A DNA stretch of 64,000 nt from Puniceicoccales bacterium (GCA_031280235.1 JAITHA010000052.1:13237-77236), one strand, 5' to 3'. Shown: positions 36,048 through 45,724, numbered from the stretch's first letter. Program-made: numbers and translations. Notes: generated by a model from the sequence alone, not told the origin.

Positions 36048-37661
36048 ATGTTCAATAAAAAAGTTTTTATTTACGATACAACACTTCGCGATGGTGCGCA
36101 GGGGGAGGGGATATCTTTTTCCGATTCAGGGAAGATCCACTTTGCGCACTTGCTTGATGACTTTGGTGTGGATTATATAGAGGGTGGTTTTGCGAGCTCA
36201 AATCCTCGCGATCAACGTTTTTTTGCTGACATTAAGGGAGAATCCTTGGGCCATGCCAAAATTGTCGCATTTGGCAGTACGCGTCGGGCCGATTTGGATG
36301 CCGCCAAGGATCCGCAGCTTGCCGCTCTTTTGGCGGTGGGCACTGAGCACGTCACCATCTATGGCAAAACTTCGCCTTTTCAAGTGGCCGAAGTATTGCG
36401 CACGACGCTTGAAAATAATCTACAGATAATTGCGGATACTGTGGGTTTTCTCCATGAGAGGCATGGGCGTGTGGTGTTTTTTGATGCGGAGCACTTTTTT
36501 GATGGTTATAAGGAGGATGCTGCTTACGCGCTTCATGTTTTGCGTACGGCGCAAGATGCCGGTGCGGAGACTTTGATTCTTTGTGATACGAATGGTGGGA
36601 CGCTTCCGCATGAGGTTTTTGCCATTACGGAGGCTGTTCGTGTCGCGCTCTCCAGGCCCGTTGTGACGCTCGGGATTCATGCGCATAACGATGGTGGCTT
36701 GGGAGTGGCCAACTCGTTGGAGGCTGTTCGCGCAGGGGTGCGCCATGTGCAGGGAACCATCAATGGCTATGGTGAGCGCACGGGTAATGCAGATCTTGTC
36801 AGCATCATTCCTGCGCTTGAGTTAAAACTCGCGTATAAAACGGTGGGAAAAGACAAGTTAAAACAGTTGCGTTCGCTTGCTGCGCAGACTGCTGATTTTG
36901 TGAACCAGACCTTGGATAAACGCCAACCGTATGTTGGCCTTAATGCTTTTTGCCATAAGGCCGGGGCGCACGTTAATGCAGTGAGCAAGAATCCGCGCAG
37001 TTTCGAACATATTGAACCGGAACAAGTTGGCAATCAAAGACATGTGCTTGTGTCTGAGTTGTCGGGTGTTTCCAATGTGCAGATGAAAGCGCGAGAACTT
37101 GGTGTGGATTTGGAGGCAGTTGGCCTGGAGAAATTGCGGCAAATTCTTGGGATGCTTAAGGTGCGCGAGGATCAGGGTTTTTCTTACGAGTCTGCGGAGG
37201 GTTCGTTCAAGCTTTTTTTAAGGAAGGCTCTTTCGGGTGGGATTCCCCCGTTTACGCTGGAGGGTTTTCGCGTTTTCGTGGAAAAACGTGGGCCCGAGGA
37301 GCCCTGTCTTAGCGAGGCCACGGTCAAGATAAATTTTTCTGGAAAAAGCGCGTTAACTGTTGGTGAGGGGCGTGGCCCCATTGAGGCGTTAAATGCTGCG
37401 TTGTGTGCGGCGCTTGCCAAGTTCCACCCGGAGATAGCGAATGTCAAACTTACGGATTACCGTGTGCGCATTCTCAACCCGGAGGCGGCGACGTGTGCTT
37501 TGACACGGGTGCTCATTGAGTCTGGTGATGGTGTTAGCCAATGGAGTACGGTGGGTGTTTCGGAGAATATCATTGAGGCATCCTGGCAGGCGCTCTTGGA
37601 CAGTATGGAGCTTAAACTTTACGATGTCTGTTCGCACGAACGGAAGAGTGTAGAGGGCTAA
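36048..37661 (+). CDS. cimA: Citramalate synthase (2-isopropylmalate synthase family, long form with LeuA-dimer domain)
   Basis: FIYDTTLRDGAQGEGISFS, HAHNDGGLGVANSLEAV, INGYGERTGNADL. 537-aa length. Confidence 0.75.
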   Translation: MFNKKVFIYDTTLRDGAQGEGISFSDSGKIHFAHLLDDFGVDYIEGGFASSNPRDQRFFADIKGESLGHAKIVAFGSTRRADLDAAKDPQLAALLAVGTEHVTIYGKTSPFQVAEVLRTTLENNLQIIADTVGFLHERHGRVVFFDAEHFFDGYKEDAAYALHVLRTAQDAGAETLILCDTNGGTLPHEVFAITEAVRVALSRPVVTLGIHAHNDGGLGVANSLEAVRAGVRHVQGTINGYGERTGNADLVSIIPALELKLAYKTVGKDKLKQLRSLAAQTADFVNQTLDKRQPYVGLNAFCHKAGAHVNAVSKNPRSFEHIEPEQVGNQRHVLVSELSGVSNVQMKARELGVDLEAVGLEKLRQILGMLKVREDQGFSYESAEGSFKLFLRKALSGGIPPFTLEGFRVFVEKRGPEEPCLSEATVKINFSGKSALTVGEGRGPIEALNAALCAALAKFHPEIANVKLTDYRVRILNPEAATCALTRVLIESGDGVSQWSTVGVSENIIEASWQALLDSMELKLYDVCSHERKSVEG

Positions 37662-37696
37662 AAATGTGTTTTTTAGGCAAATATAGAGACAGTTTC

Positions 37697-39241
37697 ATGA
37701 GTCGTGTGACCCGGATTTTATTTTTAGTATTTTTTAGTTTTGTTTCCGGGCTTTCTGCGCGGGATGGGGTTATTCCCAGGCCGCTGCGCATGGAGAGTGC
37801 TGGGCGGGCACTTATTCTTCTTGATGGCATGGCGAGTATTGTTTGTGCCGACCCAGAGCTTGCTCGAACGGCTGGGGCGGTGATTCATAAGCACACGGGT
37901 TTGTATCTTGACGCTGGAAAACGGCCAGCGGAGGGCAGTCGCTTGGTTATTTATATTGACCCGGCGAATACGAGTGTGGAGGCGAAGGCTCTTGGGCCAG
38001 AAGGCTATTTGCTGGATATTGCTGGTGGGCGTGGGGCGAAGGTGCCTGCTGTGATCATTCGTTCCATTGGCAGGGCGGGGGCGTTTTATGGTTTGCAGAC
38101 TTTGATGCATTTGTTGCGTGTTGGCAAGGGTGGGGAAATTCATTTGTCGCCCACCCGGGTTGTCGATAAACCGCGTTTTGCTTGGCGTGGCCTTTTCCTC
38201 AATGGGGAACTTTGTTTTTTGGATAAAAAATCCATTAAGCATTTGTTGGATCTGATGGCGTTTTACAAGTTGAATGTTTTGCATTGGCGGCTTGCGGGGG
38301 ACGAGATGTGGCGTCTGGAGGTAAAGCGTTATCCGGGCCTTACGCCGGTTGGGCGCGAATGCTATTACACACAGGCGGATGTACGGGAAATTGTGGCTTA
38401 TGCGGCAGCGCGGCAGATTCGGGTTGTTCCTGCGCTTTCTCTTCCGATACATGATTATACCTTGGACGGGAAGGTTTCTCCTGCGGCAGCTATGCCCAAA
38501 AATAACGAGCGAACTGTGAGTGCGATTTTGGAGGAATTGTGTGCGCTTTTCCCGTCGCCATATCTTCACGTGGAGACGATTTTCTCATTGCGGGATGACC
38601 TTGGACGTTTTCCGATGGATGGCAACTCCGCAGTGTCGCGCAATAGATTGTTCATCAATGACTTGAAAATGAAAGCTTCTGCGGTAGTGAAGAATATTCT
38701 TCTCGAAAAAAATCGGCGCAACATGACTTGGGAGGACAGAAATTATCTTCTTGCCTACAGCATGGATGCGAAAGCGTCGGATGCGGAGAATGCTGCGGAC
38801 GTGGGTGTTGTTCGTTATCAGGATGTGGCGTTTTTAAAGCGTCGGTTGAGCCGTGGTGTGCCGGTTGTTGTCGCGCCTGATTTTTATCTGCGTTTTGACT
38901 ATATGGCGGAAAAGAAGCCGACGCGTCACAGTGGGGCGCGGCAGGACTTTTCTTTTTTGAAGTATGTTTATGAGTTTCCCGGGGCGCTTGGCGTTTCTTC
39001 GGGTACGATGCTTGGCGGCTATGAGGCCTTGTGTTTCCCGGAGAAAAATTTTTCTTTAGCGAAGGTGGAGTCCATGTTGTTTCCGAGAGTCTTGGTACTG
39101 GCGGAGCTTTGTTGGACGTCGGGTGAATTGTGTGTTTGGGAGAATTTCCGGCGGCGTTTGCCGGAGGCGGTGCGGCGTTTGGAATTTTTGCAGGTGAATT
39201 ATTGCAAAGACAACCTGAGCACGCCTTCGCAAACCGAGTAG
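37697..39241 (+). CDS. Secreted GH20 (beta-N-acetylhexosaminidase)-like protein with degenerate catalytic motifs
   Basis: Signal peptide MSRVTRILFLVFFSFVSGLSA. GH20b-like N-domain (GPEGYLLDI...GAFYGLQTLMHLL). The GH20 core is recognisable (DKPRFAWRG...AFYKLNVLHW) but key motifs are altered (see findings). Confidence 0.6.
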   Translation: MSRVTRILFLVFFSFVSGLSARDGVIPRPLRMESAGRALILLDGMASIVCADPELARTAGAVIHKHTGLYLDAGKRPAEGSRLVIYIDPANTSVEAKALGPEGYLLDIAGGRGAKVPAVIIRSIGRAGAFYGLQTLMHLLRVGKGGEIHLSPTRVVDKPRFAWRGLFLNGELCFLDKKSIKHLLDLMAFYKLNVLHWRLAGDEMWRLEVKRYPGLTPVGRECYYTQADVREIVAYAAARQIRVVPALSLPIHDYTLDGKVSPAAAMPKNNERTVSAILEELCALFPSPYLHVETIFSLRDDLGRFPMDGNSAVSRNRLFINDLKMKASAVVKNILLEKNRRNMTWEDRNYLLAYSMDAKASDAENAADVGVVRYQDVAFLKRRLSRGVPVVVAPDFYLRFDYMAEKKPTRHSGARQDFSFLKYVYEFPGALGVSSGTMLGGYEALCFPEKNFSLAKVESMLFPRVLVLAELCWTSGELCVWENFRRRLPEAVRRLEFLQVNYCKDNLSTPSQTE

Positions 39242-39298
39242 TTTGTGAGTCCAGATGCGGCAGCTTGTGTCTGCGTTTTCCCAGTAGGTGCGTTGTTT

Positions 39299-40216
39299 TT
39301 ATTCTGAGTGCAGCAATTGTTTCAGGGCGCTGAAGTAGAGCTCTTGCGTGTGGGAGACGACTTGAGAGGGCAGTGTAGGACCGGGTGCTTTTTTATCCCA
39401 GGGTTGGGCTTCAAGCCAGTCGCGCACGTATTGTTTATCAAAGGAGGGCTGGGATTTGCCGGGAGTATAGCCTTGGAGAGGCCAGTAGCGGGAGGAATCG
39501 GGCGTGAGTACTTCATCGATGAGGTAGAGTTTGCCGTTTGTGTCTGTGCCGAATTCGAATTTTGTGTCGGCGAGTATTAGGCCTGCTTGCGTGGCGATAC
39601 GTGCGCCGAGGGTATAGAGGGCGAGGGCGGCGTTTTTTATCTTTTCGAAGCTATCTGGGCCGAGAATTTCCGTGCAGCGTTTGGCGGAGATGTTTTCGTC
39701 GTGTCCTTCGGCGGCTTTGGTGGATGGTGTGAAGAGGGGTGTTGGCAAGGGGGAGCTTTCTTGGAGGGAGGGCGGGAGCGGGTAGTCGAGGAGGGTGCCT
39801 GTTGTGCGATATTCTTTCCAAGCGCTGCCTGCGAGGTAGCCGCGGACGATGGCTTCGATGGGGAGGGGCTTGAGTTTGCGCACGAGCATGGTGCGTGGGG
39901 CGAGGTGTGCGTGCTTGGGGCCGAGGGCGGCCAGCACGGCGGCATCATGGTCGGGCACGAGGTGGGTGGGCATGATGGCGGCTGCTTGCGCAAACCACCA
40001 GAGGCTGATTTGGGTGAGAAGGATGCCTTTGCCTGGGACGCCGTTGGGCATCACGACGTCGAAGGCCGAGATTCGGTCTGTGGCGATGATGATGAGCTTG
40101 TCGCCAAGGTCGAAAATTTCGCGGACCTTGCCGGATGCGATTTTGGGAAAAGGCAGGCCCGAGATGGTCATTTGTGCAGTCTCAGGCAGGAGTTTGCGGA
40201 GGTATGCGATATCCAT
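39299..40216 (-). CDS. purC: Phosphoribosylaminoimidazole-succinocarboxamide (SAICAR) synthase
   Basis: GKVREIFDLGDKLIIIATDRISAFD, ADTKFEFG, IDEVLTPDSSRYW. Confidence 0.85.
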   Translation of the reverse strand: MDIAYLRKLLPETAQMTISGLPFPKIASGKVREIFDLGDKLIIIATDRISAFDVVMPNGVPGKGILLTQISLWWFAQAAAIMPTHLVPDHDAAVLAALGPKHAHLAPRTMLVRKLKPLPIEAIVRGYLAGSAWKEYRTTGTLLDYPLPPSLQESSPLPTPLFTPSTKAAEGHDENISAKRCTEILGPDSFEKIKNAALALYTLGARIATQAGLILADTKFEFGTDTNGKLYLIDEVLTPDSSRYWPLQGYTPGKSQPSFDKQYVRDWLEAQPWDKKAPGPTLPSQVVSHTQELYFSALKQLLHSE

Positions 40217-40297
40217 TGGCGCGGGATAAAAACCAAGGTGGCCAAGCTTGCAAGTGCGCGTTGGCTGAGGGTGGGGCTGCCTTTTTATGCGGTGCTT

Positions 40298-41392
40298 TTA
40301 TGTGGCGCGTGCGGAGAAGGCGAAGTGTGTGGTGCTCGCGTAGCGTTGGCCGGGGAGGAGGGTGATGGGCGGGAATGCGGGTTGGTTGGGCGAGTCGGGG
40401 AAGTGTTGGGTTTCTAGGGCGAATCCGCTGCGGTGGGCGTAGGGTTTGCCGCCTTTGCCGAGGGCGCCGTCGAGGAAGTTGCCGCAGTAGAACTGGATGC
40501 CTGGCTCTGTGGTGGCGATGCTCATGATGCGCCCGCTTGCGGGGGCGTGCACTTCGGCAACGGTGCGTGGGCTGAGGCTGGTGCCACCGTCGAGCACCCA
40601 GTTGTGGTCGTAGCCCGCGCCGTGGGTGAGTTGTTCGTGCGCGTGCTCGACGCGTTCGCCGATGGCGTGGGGCGCAGTGAAGTCGAAAGGTGTCCCGGCG
40701 ACTTTGCAGATTTCTCCTGTGGGGATGAGGCCGGAGTTGACGGGGGTGTAGTGCGTTGCGGCGATGCGTAGCTGGTGGTCGAGGATGGTGGCGGAGCCTT
40801 CGCCTGCGAGGTTGAAGTAGCAGTGCTGGCTGAGGTTGACGGGGGTGGCCTTGTCGGTAATGGCGGTGTAGTCCACGCAGAGTGTGTTGTCAGCGCGCAG
40901 CGTGTAAACGACTTGAATGAGGAGATTCCCTGGGAATCCTTCCTGCCCGTCCGGGCTTTCGAGGGTGAGGGTGAGGCGGATGTCGTCTGGGGCGACTTGG
41001 GCGTTCCAGAGCATTTTGTCGATGCCGATGTTGCCGCCGTGGAGGGTGCATGGGATGCCGCCCGGGGTGTTGTTGGCGGGTAGCATGTAGGTGTGCCCTT
41101 CAAGGGTGAAACGCGCCTGCGCGATGCGGTTGGCGACGCGTCCAACGACGGCGCCGAAGTAGGAGCTGCCCTTGAGGTAGCCCTCCAATGTGTCGTAGCC
41201 CAGAGCGATGTCGGCGAGGTGTCCGTTTTTATCCGGCGTGTCCAGCCCCACGATGCTTGCGCCAAAATCGCTGATGCGCGCGCGCACGCCGTTCCTGTTG
41301 TCGAGCGTGAAGAGCGAAGCCTTGCGCCCGTTGGGCAGTGTGCCGAAGGGTGTGCAGGTGATGGTATTGTACGTGCTTCCCATGATGAGCAT
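40298..41392 (-). CDS. galM: Aldose 1-epimerase (galactose mutarotase)
   Basis: GRVANRIAQARFTLEGHTYMLPANN, LHGG, NLSQHCYFNL, PDSPNQPAFP. Confidence 0.8.
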   Translation of the reverse strand: MLIMGSTYNTITCTPFGTLPNGRKASLFTLDNRNGVRARISDFGASIVGLDTPDKNGHLADIALGYDTLEGYLKGSSYFGAVVGRVANRIAQARFTLEGHTYMLPANNTPGGIPCTLHGGNIGIDKMLWNAQVAPDDIRLTLTLESPDGQEGFPGNLLIQVVYTLRADNTLCVDYTAITDKATPVNLSQHCYFNLAGEGSATILDHQLRIAATHYTPVNSGLIPTGEICKVAGTPFDFTAPHAIGERVEHAHEQLTHGAGYDHNWVLDGGTSLSPRTVAEVHAPASGRIMSIATTEPGIQFYCGNFLDGALGKGGKPYAHRSGFALETQHFPDSPNQPAFPPITLLPGQRYASTTHFAFSARAT

Positions 41393-41797
41393 GGAGGGGG
41401 TACTACGGAGTGTTTTTTATGCAATATTTGTTTATTCGAAATCAGAGGGGGGGGAATATCTTCTGGTGGTTTCATTGCTTGTGTTTTTTGCTTTTGCTTG
41501 GGGTCGAGCACGTCCTCGTTCCACCATTTACGGAAAGACCCATGGAGATGTTGACCCATGTGGAGGCGGCGGGAACGCGGACACAAACCAGACCATGAAA
41601 CTTCATTCCTGAGAGTGTTGGGCAAGCGAACCCTCACGTGGCTCCGACGCCACCTGAAGCAGGCGGACGAACGGCCCAAAGTGGTCAGCCACCCGCCTGA
41701 TTTAGGTGCGAAAAAGCCAGAGTCGGACGCTCCGCGTTGCGAAGCTCAGGTATGCAAACTCAATCCAACTCCCGCTACAAACTTTACACAGCCATGA

Positions 41798-42313
41798 GCA
41801 GCTCCTGCCAAGACAAGTTTTCGCTGCGCCAGTTTCAGCTGTTCCCGCAACACCGTGCGCGAATGGCTGCATCGCTGGCGCGCAGGCGACCACACCCTCG
41901 CCGACCATTCCCGCCGTCTCCACAATCCGCCCGCGCGCACCAACTGCAACGCCGACGTCGAAAGTGTCCACGCCACCATCGAAAACGAGTTCTTCGATTT
42001 GGAAAACTTTTCGGCCCGCGCGCACTTCATCGCAATGGCAGGCACCTATCAGCACTTCTACAACTTCGCCCGGCAAAACCGCTCGCGCGCCAAGAAAACC
42101 CCGGCCGAATTGCTCCGCGAAAAGCCCCCCGATCTGCACCCTCGCATCCTCCTTTTACACCCTTGCCTTCTCGACGCACACATGGGTCAACTTCTGTCTG
42201 GACCTGCCGCATCCCCGGGCAACGCCTCTTTCGCGAACAACGTGTTTACTCCTCAAACGGCGATTTCCAAGCGAAGCGACAAGACTGGGCACGAAGCAAA
42301 GAAACGACGATGA
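41798..42313 (+). mobile_element. Decayed IS481/IS3-superfamily transposase remnant (HTH part joined to the C-terminal end, DDE core missing)
   Basis: The frame-2 translation gives SFRCASFSCSRNTVREWLHRWRAGDHTLADHSRR (HTH, SrnTV.kWl.Ry-like). It is followed almost directly by NADVESVHATIENEFFDLENF...YQHFYNFARQNRSRAKKTPAELL, which resembles the end of an rve integrase domain. No intact catalytic core and no start codon. Confidence 0.45.
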
Positions 42314-42493
42314 AACGCCGTTTTTGCGAAGGCGATGTTCCGGTTTGCTTAGCACCCAGTCTTGTCGTTTCGATCGGAATATCGCTGCCCGAACAGCTCA
42401 GGCACTATCAGAACAGCACGCGAGGCACCCCTGCGAAAAAAGCTCTTTCAGGACTTCCTATGAGGCGTATTCATTTACGCCTCGGCAATGCGT

Positions 42494-43651
42494 TCAGCCA
42501 ATGGCGTGGTCGTAGCTTGCATCCCAGTCTTTCCAAACGGGTTCGTAGCCGCGTTCGCGCAGCATAGTTATAATCTCGCTTGGGCTGCGTTCATCTGAGG
42601 CATGGAATTGTTCCAAGGTACGTTCTGGGCGCGTTTTCCCGGCGAGAGCCTCAGCGTAACCGCCGGGGTTGGTTTTGGCCCCGGCGCTCATTGTCGTCAC
42701 ACCGAAGAACATGGCGTTGTCGCGAAAGTGGGGCGACTCGCGCGTGGAGAGGGAAATCTCGACCTCGTTGTTGAAGAGGCGAAAAGCGCATATCGTTTGC
42801 GCGAGTTCGCGGTCGCTCATTTCTACCTTGGGTTCAAGGCCACCGGCGTGTGGGCGCAGCCTCGGGAAAGAGAGGCTGTAGCGTGTGCGCCAGTAGCTGT
42901 GCTCAAGGTAGTCGAGGTGTAGGGCAGCAAAAAAGCTGTCGGTGCGCCAGTCTTCGAGGCCATAGAGGACACCAAGGCCGATTTTGTTGAGGCCTGCTGT
43001 GCCGAGACGTTCGGGAGTGGCAAGGCGCCAGGTGAAGTCTGCCTTTTGCCCTTTGAGGTGGTATCGGCCATAGCCCTCGCGGTTGTAGGTTTCTTGGTAA
43101 ACGAGGACGGCGGAGAGGCCTTGGGAGCGGAGCCTCTCATAGTCGCCTGTGTCGAGGGGTTGCACTTCGAGGCTGATGCTTGAGAAGAGTGGGCGCAAGA
43201 GGAGGAGCGCGTTTTCAAAGTAGCTTACGCCAACACGTTTCTTGGATTCGCCGGAGACGATGAGGAGGTGGTCAAATCCTTGTTCCTTCAGGATGGCCGC
43301 TTCACGCAGGAGCTCGGCGTCGGTGAGGATGCGCCGTGGGATTTTGTTATTCATGCTGAAGCCACAGTAGGTGCAGATGTTGTGACACTCGTTAGAAACG
43401 TAGAGTGGGGCAAAGAGCTGGACAACGCGCCCGAATCGCCGGATGGTTTTCTCACGTGCGAGCAGGGCCATGTCTTCAAGCCTCGGGGTGGCAGCGGGAG
43501 AGAGAAGGGCCTGAAGATCTGCGAGTGAGCAAGACGACGTGGCGGCGCGCCGGAGGGCTCGCACGACATCGCTGCTGGTTTTGGCGTGGATGGCTTCGCG
43601 TACAGCATCCCAAGAATGGTGCCCAAGCACCTCGATGAAGGGCGGGGACAT
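42494..43651 (-). CDS. thiH: 2-iminoacetate synthase (tyrosine lyase) ThiH, radical SAM
   Basis: PLYVSNECHNICTYCGFSMNN (CxxxCxxC) followed by GFDHLLIVSGES. 385 aa. Confidence 0.75.
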   Translation of the reverse strand: MSPPFIEVLGHHSWDAVREAIHAKTSSDVVRALRRAATSSCSLADLQALLSPAATPRLEDMALLAREKTIRRFGRVVQLFAPLYVSNECHNICTYCGFSMNNKIPRRILTDAELLREAAILKEQGFDHLLIVSGESKKRVGVSYFENALLLLRPLFSSISLEVQPLDTGDYERLRSQGLSAVLVYQETYNREGYGRYHLKGQKADFTWRLATPERLGTAGLNKIGLGVLYGLEDWRTDSFFAALHLDYLEHSYWRTRYSLSFPRLRPHAGGLEPKVEMSDRELAQTICAFRLFNNEVEISLSTRESPHFRDNAMFFGVTTMSAGAKTNPGGYAEALAGKTRPERTLEQFHASDERSPSEIITMLRERGYEPVWKDWDASYDHAIG

Positions 43652-43663
43652 AGGGTACGCAGC

Positions 43664-45484
43664 TCAGCGGGTGAGGATTTCCATGGCCGATTTTTTTTGC
43701 GGAATGAAGGGCAGCACGTGCTCGGAGTGTGGCACGACGATGTCGAGGAGATACGGTCCGTCATGGCTGAGCATTTCACGAATAGCTTCGCGCAAATTCT
43801 CCCGGTGCAAAACGCGCTTCCCGCTGATGCCAAACCCGGCGGCAATTTTTACGAAATCAGGATACAGCGCGTTGACGTTTTCTGGCCCCCCGATGTTCTT
43901 CGGGTCGCCGAGGATGGTCTGACCACGAACGCCGTCGTAGAAGCGGTCTTCCCATTGCGTCACCATGCCGAGATGCTGGTTGTTTATGAGGAAGATTTTG
44001 ACAGGTATTTTTTCGACGGCGAGACAGGCAAGCTCCTGAATGTTCATCAAGAAGGAGCCGTCGCCGTCGATGTCCACTACGGTTGCTCCAGGGCAGGCAA
44101 TCTTGGCGCCGATGGCTGCCGGGAGGCCAAAACCCATCGTGCCCGCGCCCATGGAACTGATGAAGGTGCGGGGAGTGCTGAAATGGTAGAACTGGGGCGT
44201 CCACATCTGGTGTTGGCCGACGCCTGTGGTGATGATGGCACCACCTTTGCTTTCCTCGTACAGAGCCTGGATGGCCTGTTGGGGAAGGATGTGCTGGGTG
44301 CGGCCTGCGTCGTAGGCGAAGGGGAAGGGGTACTGTTTTTTCCACTCGTTGATGGTGGCCATCCACGCGGAGAGGTCGGGCTTTTTGAAGAAGGTCTTCT
44401 TGGCCAAAACGCGGAGGCGTTCCAGCACATCTTTGATGTCTGCCTCGACGGGCAGCTGGACGGTGATGTTTTTATTATGCTCGGAGCGGTCGATGTCTAT
44501 GTGGACGATGCGCGCGTTGGGGGCGAACTTGTCCACAGAGCCGGTGACACGGTCGTCGAAACGCACGCCTGCTGCGATGAGAAGGTCGCTCTGATAGACG
44601 GCCCAGTTCCCTGCCACCGTGCCATGCATGCCAAACCAGTAGAGGCTCTGTGGATGCTCTGGCGAAAGAACCCCGAGGCCCATGAGCGTGGAGGCGACGG
44701 GGATTCCTGTGAACAGCGCAAACTCGCGCGCGGCTGCAGCGGCATCGCTGGAAATGATGCCTCCGCCGATATAGAGAACAGGGCGTTTGGCCTCTGCTAA
44801 CATCTGAAGGATTTGCTGTAGCACGGCATCGTCTGCCCTCGATGGAAGGGCGAGGCCTGGCACGTCCACCTCGTCGAAGCTCGCAGGGAAATGCGGGGTG
44901 AACACGGCTTGTTGCACATCCTTAGGAATATCGACGACGACGGGGCCCGGGCGGCCCGTTGTCGCGATCTTGAAGGCTTTGAAAATGGCTGAGGGCAACT
45001 CGGCGGGGTCGAGCACGAGGATGCTGTGTTTGACGATGGGGAGAGTGATTCCGAAAAAATCCGCCTCTTGGAAAGCGTTCTTGCCGATGAATTGCTGGAA
45101 GACCTGACCCGTGATGGCGACGAGTGGGATGCTGTCCATGAAGGCATCGGCGATGGGCGTGACGAGGTTCGTCGAACCCGGCCCCGAGGTAGCAAGGCAG
45201 ACACCCGGCTTGCCCGTGGCGCGCGCGTAGCCTTGCGCCATGAAGCCCCCGCCCTGCTCGTGGCGCGGCAAGATGCTGCGGATCTTCTTCGTGCGTGTCA
45301 GCGCCTGGCTTATTTCGAGCAACGAGCCGCCCGGGTAGGCGAAAACCGTGTCCACCCCCAAAAGCTCCAAGCAACGCACCACCACATCGGCACCACGCAT
45401 TGGAGCCGTCACCCCACTGGGAGACGGCGCGTGAACCTTGGTTTCCGCTTGGGAAGGGACGCTGTTTTTCTTGGATTTTGCCAT
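43664..45484 (-). CDS. ilvB: Acetolactate synthase (acetohydroxy-acid synthase) large subunit, biosynthetic type
   Basis: [34 protein letters not shown], the TPP motif [12 protein letters not shown] and [12 protein letters not shown]. The start was set at ATG 45484; the 72-codon upstream extension looks non-coding. Confidence 0.85.
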   Translation of the reverse strand: MAKSKKNSVPSQAETKVHAPSPSGVTAPMRGADVVVRCLELLGVDTVFAYPGGSLLEISQALTRTKKIRSILPRHEQGGGFMAQGYARATGKPGVCLATSGPGSTNLVTPIADAFMDSIPLVAITGQVFQQFIGKNAFQEADFFGITLPIVKHSILVLDPAELPSAIFKAFKIATTGRPGPVVVDIPKDVQQAVFTPHFPASFDEVDVPGLALPSRADDAVLQQILQMLAEAKRPVLYIGGGIISSDAAAAAREFALFTGIPVASTLMGLGVLSPEHPQSLYWFGMHGTVAGNWAVYQSDLLIAAGVRFDDRVTGSVDKFAPNARIVHIDIDRSEHNKNITVQLPVEADIKDVLERLRVLAKKTFFKKPDLSAWMATINEWKKQYPFPFAYDAGRTQHILPQQAIQALYEESKGGAIITTGVGQHQMWTPQFYHFSTPRTFISSMGAGTMGFGLPAAIGAKIACPGATVVDIDGDGSFLMNIQELACLAVEKIPVKIFLINNQHLGMVTQWEDRFYDGVRGQTILGDPKNIGGPENVNALYPDFVKIAAGFGISGKRVLHRENLREAIREMLSHDGPYLLDIVVPHSEHVLPFIPQKKSAMEILTR

Positions 45485-45724
45485 GGTTTGCTCTGCGTGG
45501 GTGAAAAGGAGGACAGCAAATCCAAAAGCTGCAGGCAGAAAAGCGGAAATTTCTCCAACGCTCGCGCACGGCCCAGTCCACCCGGGCAAACACATTTTTC
45601 GGCAAGGCATCACAAATCGTCCGTAAACACTATTTTTCCTATCGCCTAACGCCCGTGGGGTCTTCAGTTTAGCCTCGTTTTTCGCATTACTTGCACACAC
45701 AACTTAGACACCACAAGGCCAAAC

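Noticed and set aside
40522-41679. 385-aa ORF on the minus strand overlapping galM in another frame
   Set aside because: Pro/Ser/Thr/Ala-rich low-complexity translation, typical of an out-of-frame shadow in GC-rich coding DNA. The galM frame has clear mutarotase motifs.
41706-42567. 269-aa and 276-aa plus-strand ORFs across the IS-relic region
   Set aside because: Pro/Ser/Arg-rich low-complexity translations in frames other than the one showing transposase-like segments. I treat the region as decayed non-coding DNA.
43586-44800. 404-aa ORF on the plus strand antisense to ilvB
   Set aside because: Antisense shadow ORF of a GC-rich gene. It has no recognisable motifs, whereas the ilvB frame carries TPP- and FAD-binding signatures.
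45485-45700. 72-codon in-frame N-terminal extension of ilvB (ORF track start at 45700)
   Set aside because: The extension ([22 protein letters not shown]...) has no counterpart in acetolactate synthases, and homology begins after the internal ATG at 45484. I also looked for a Val/Leu/Ile-rich attenuator leader peptide here and did not find a convincing one.
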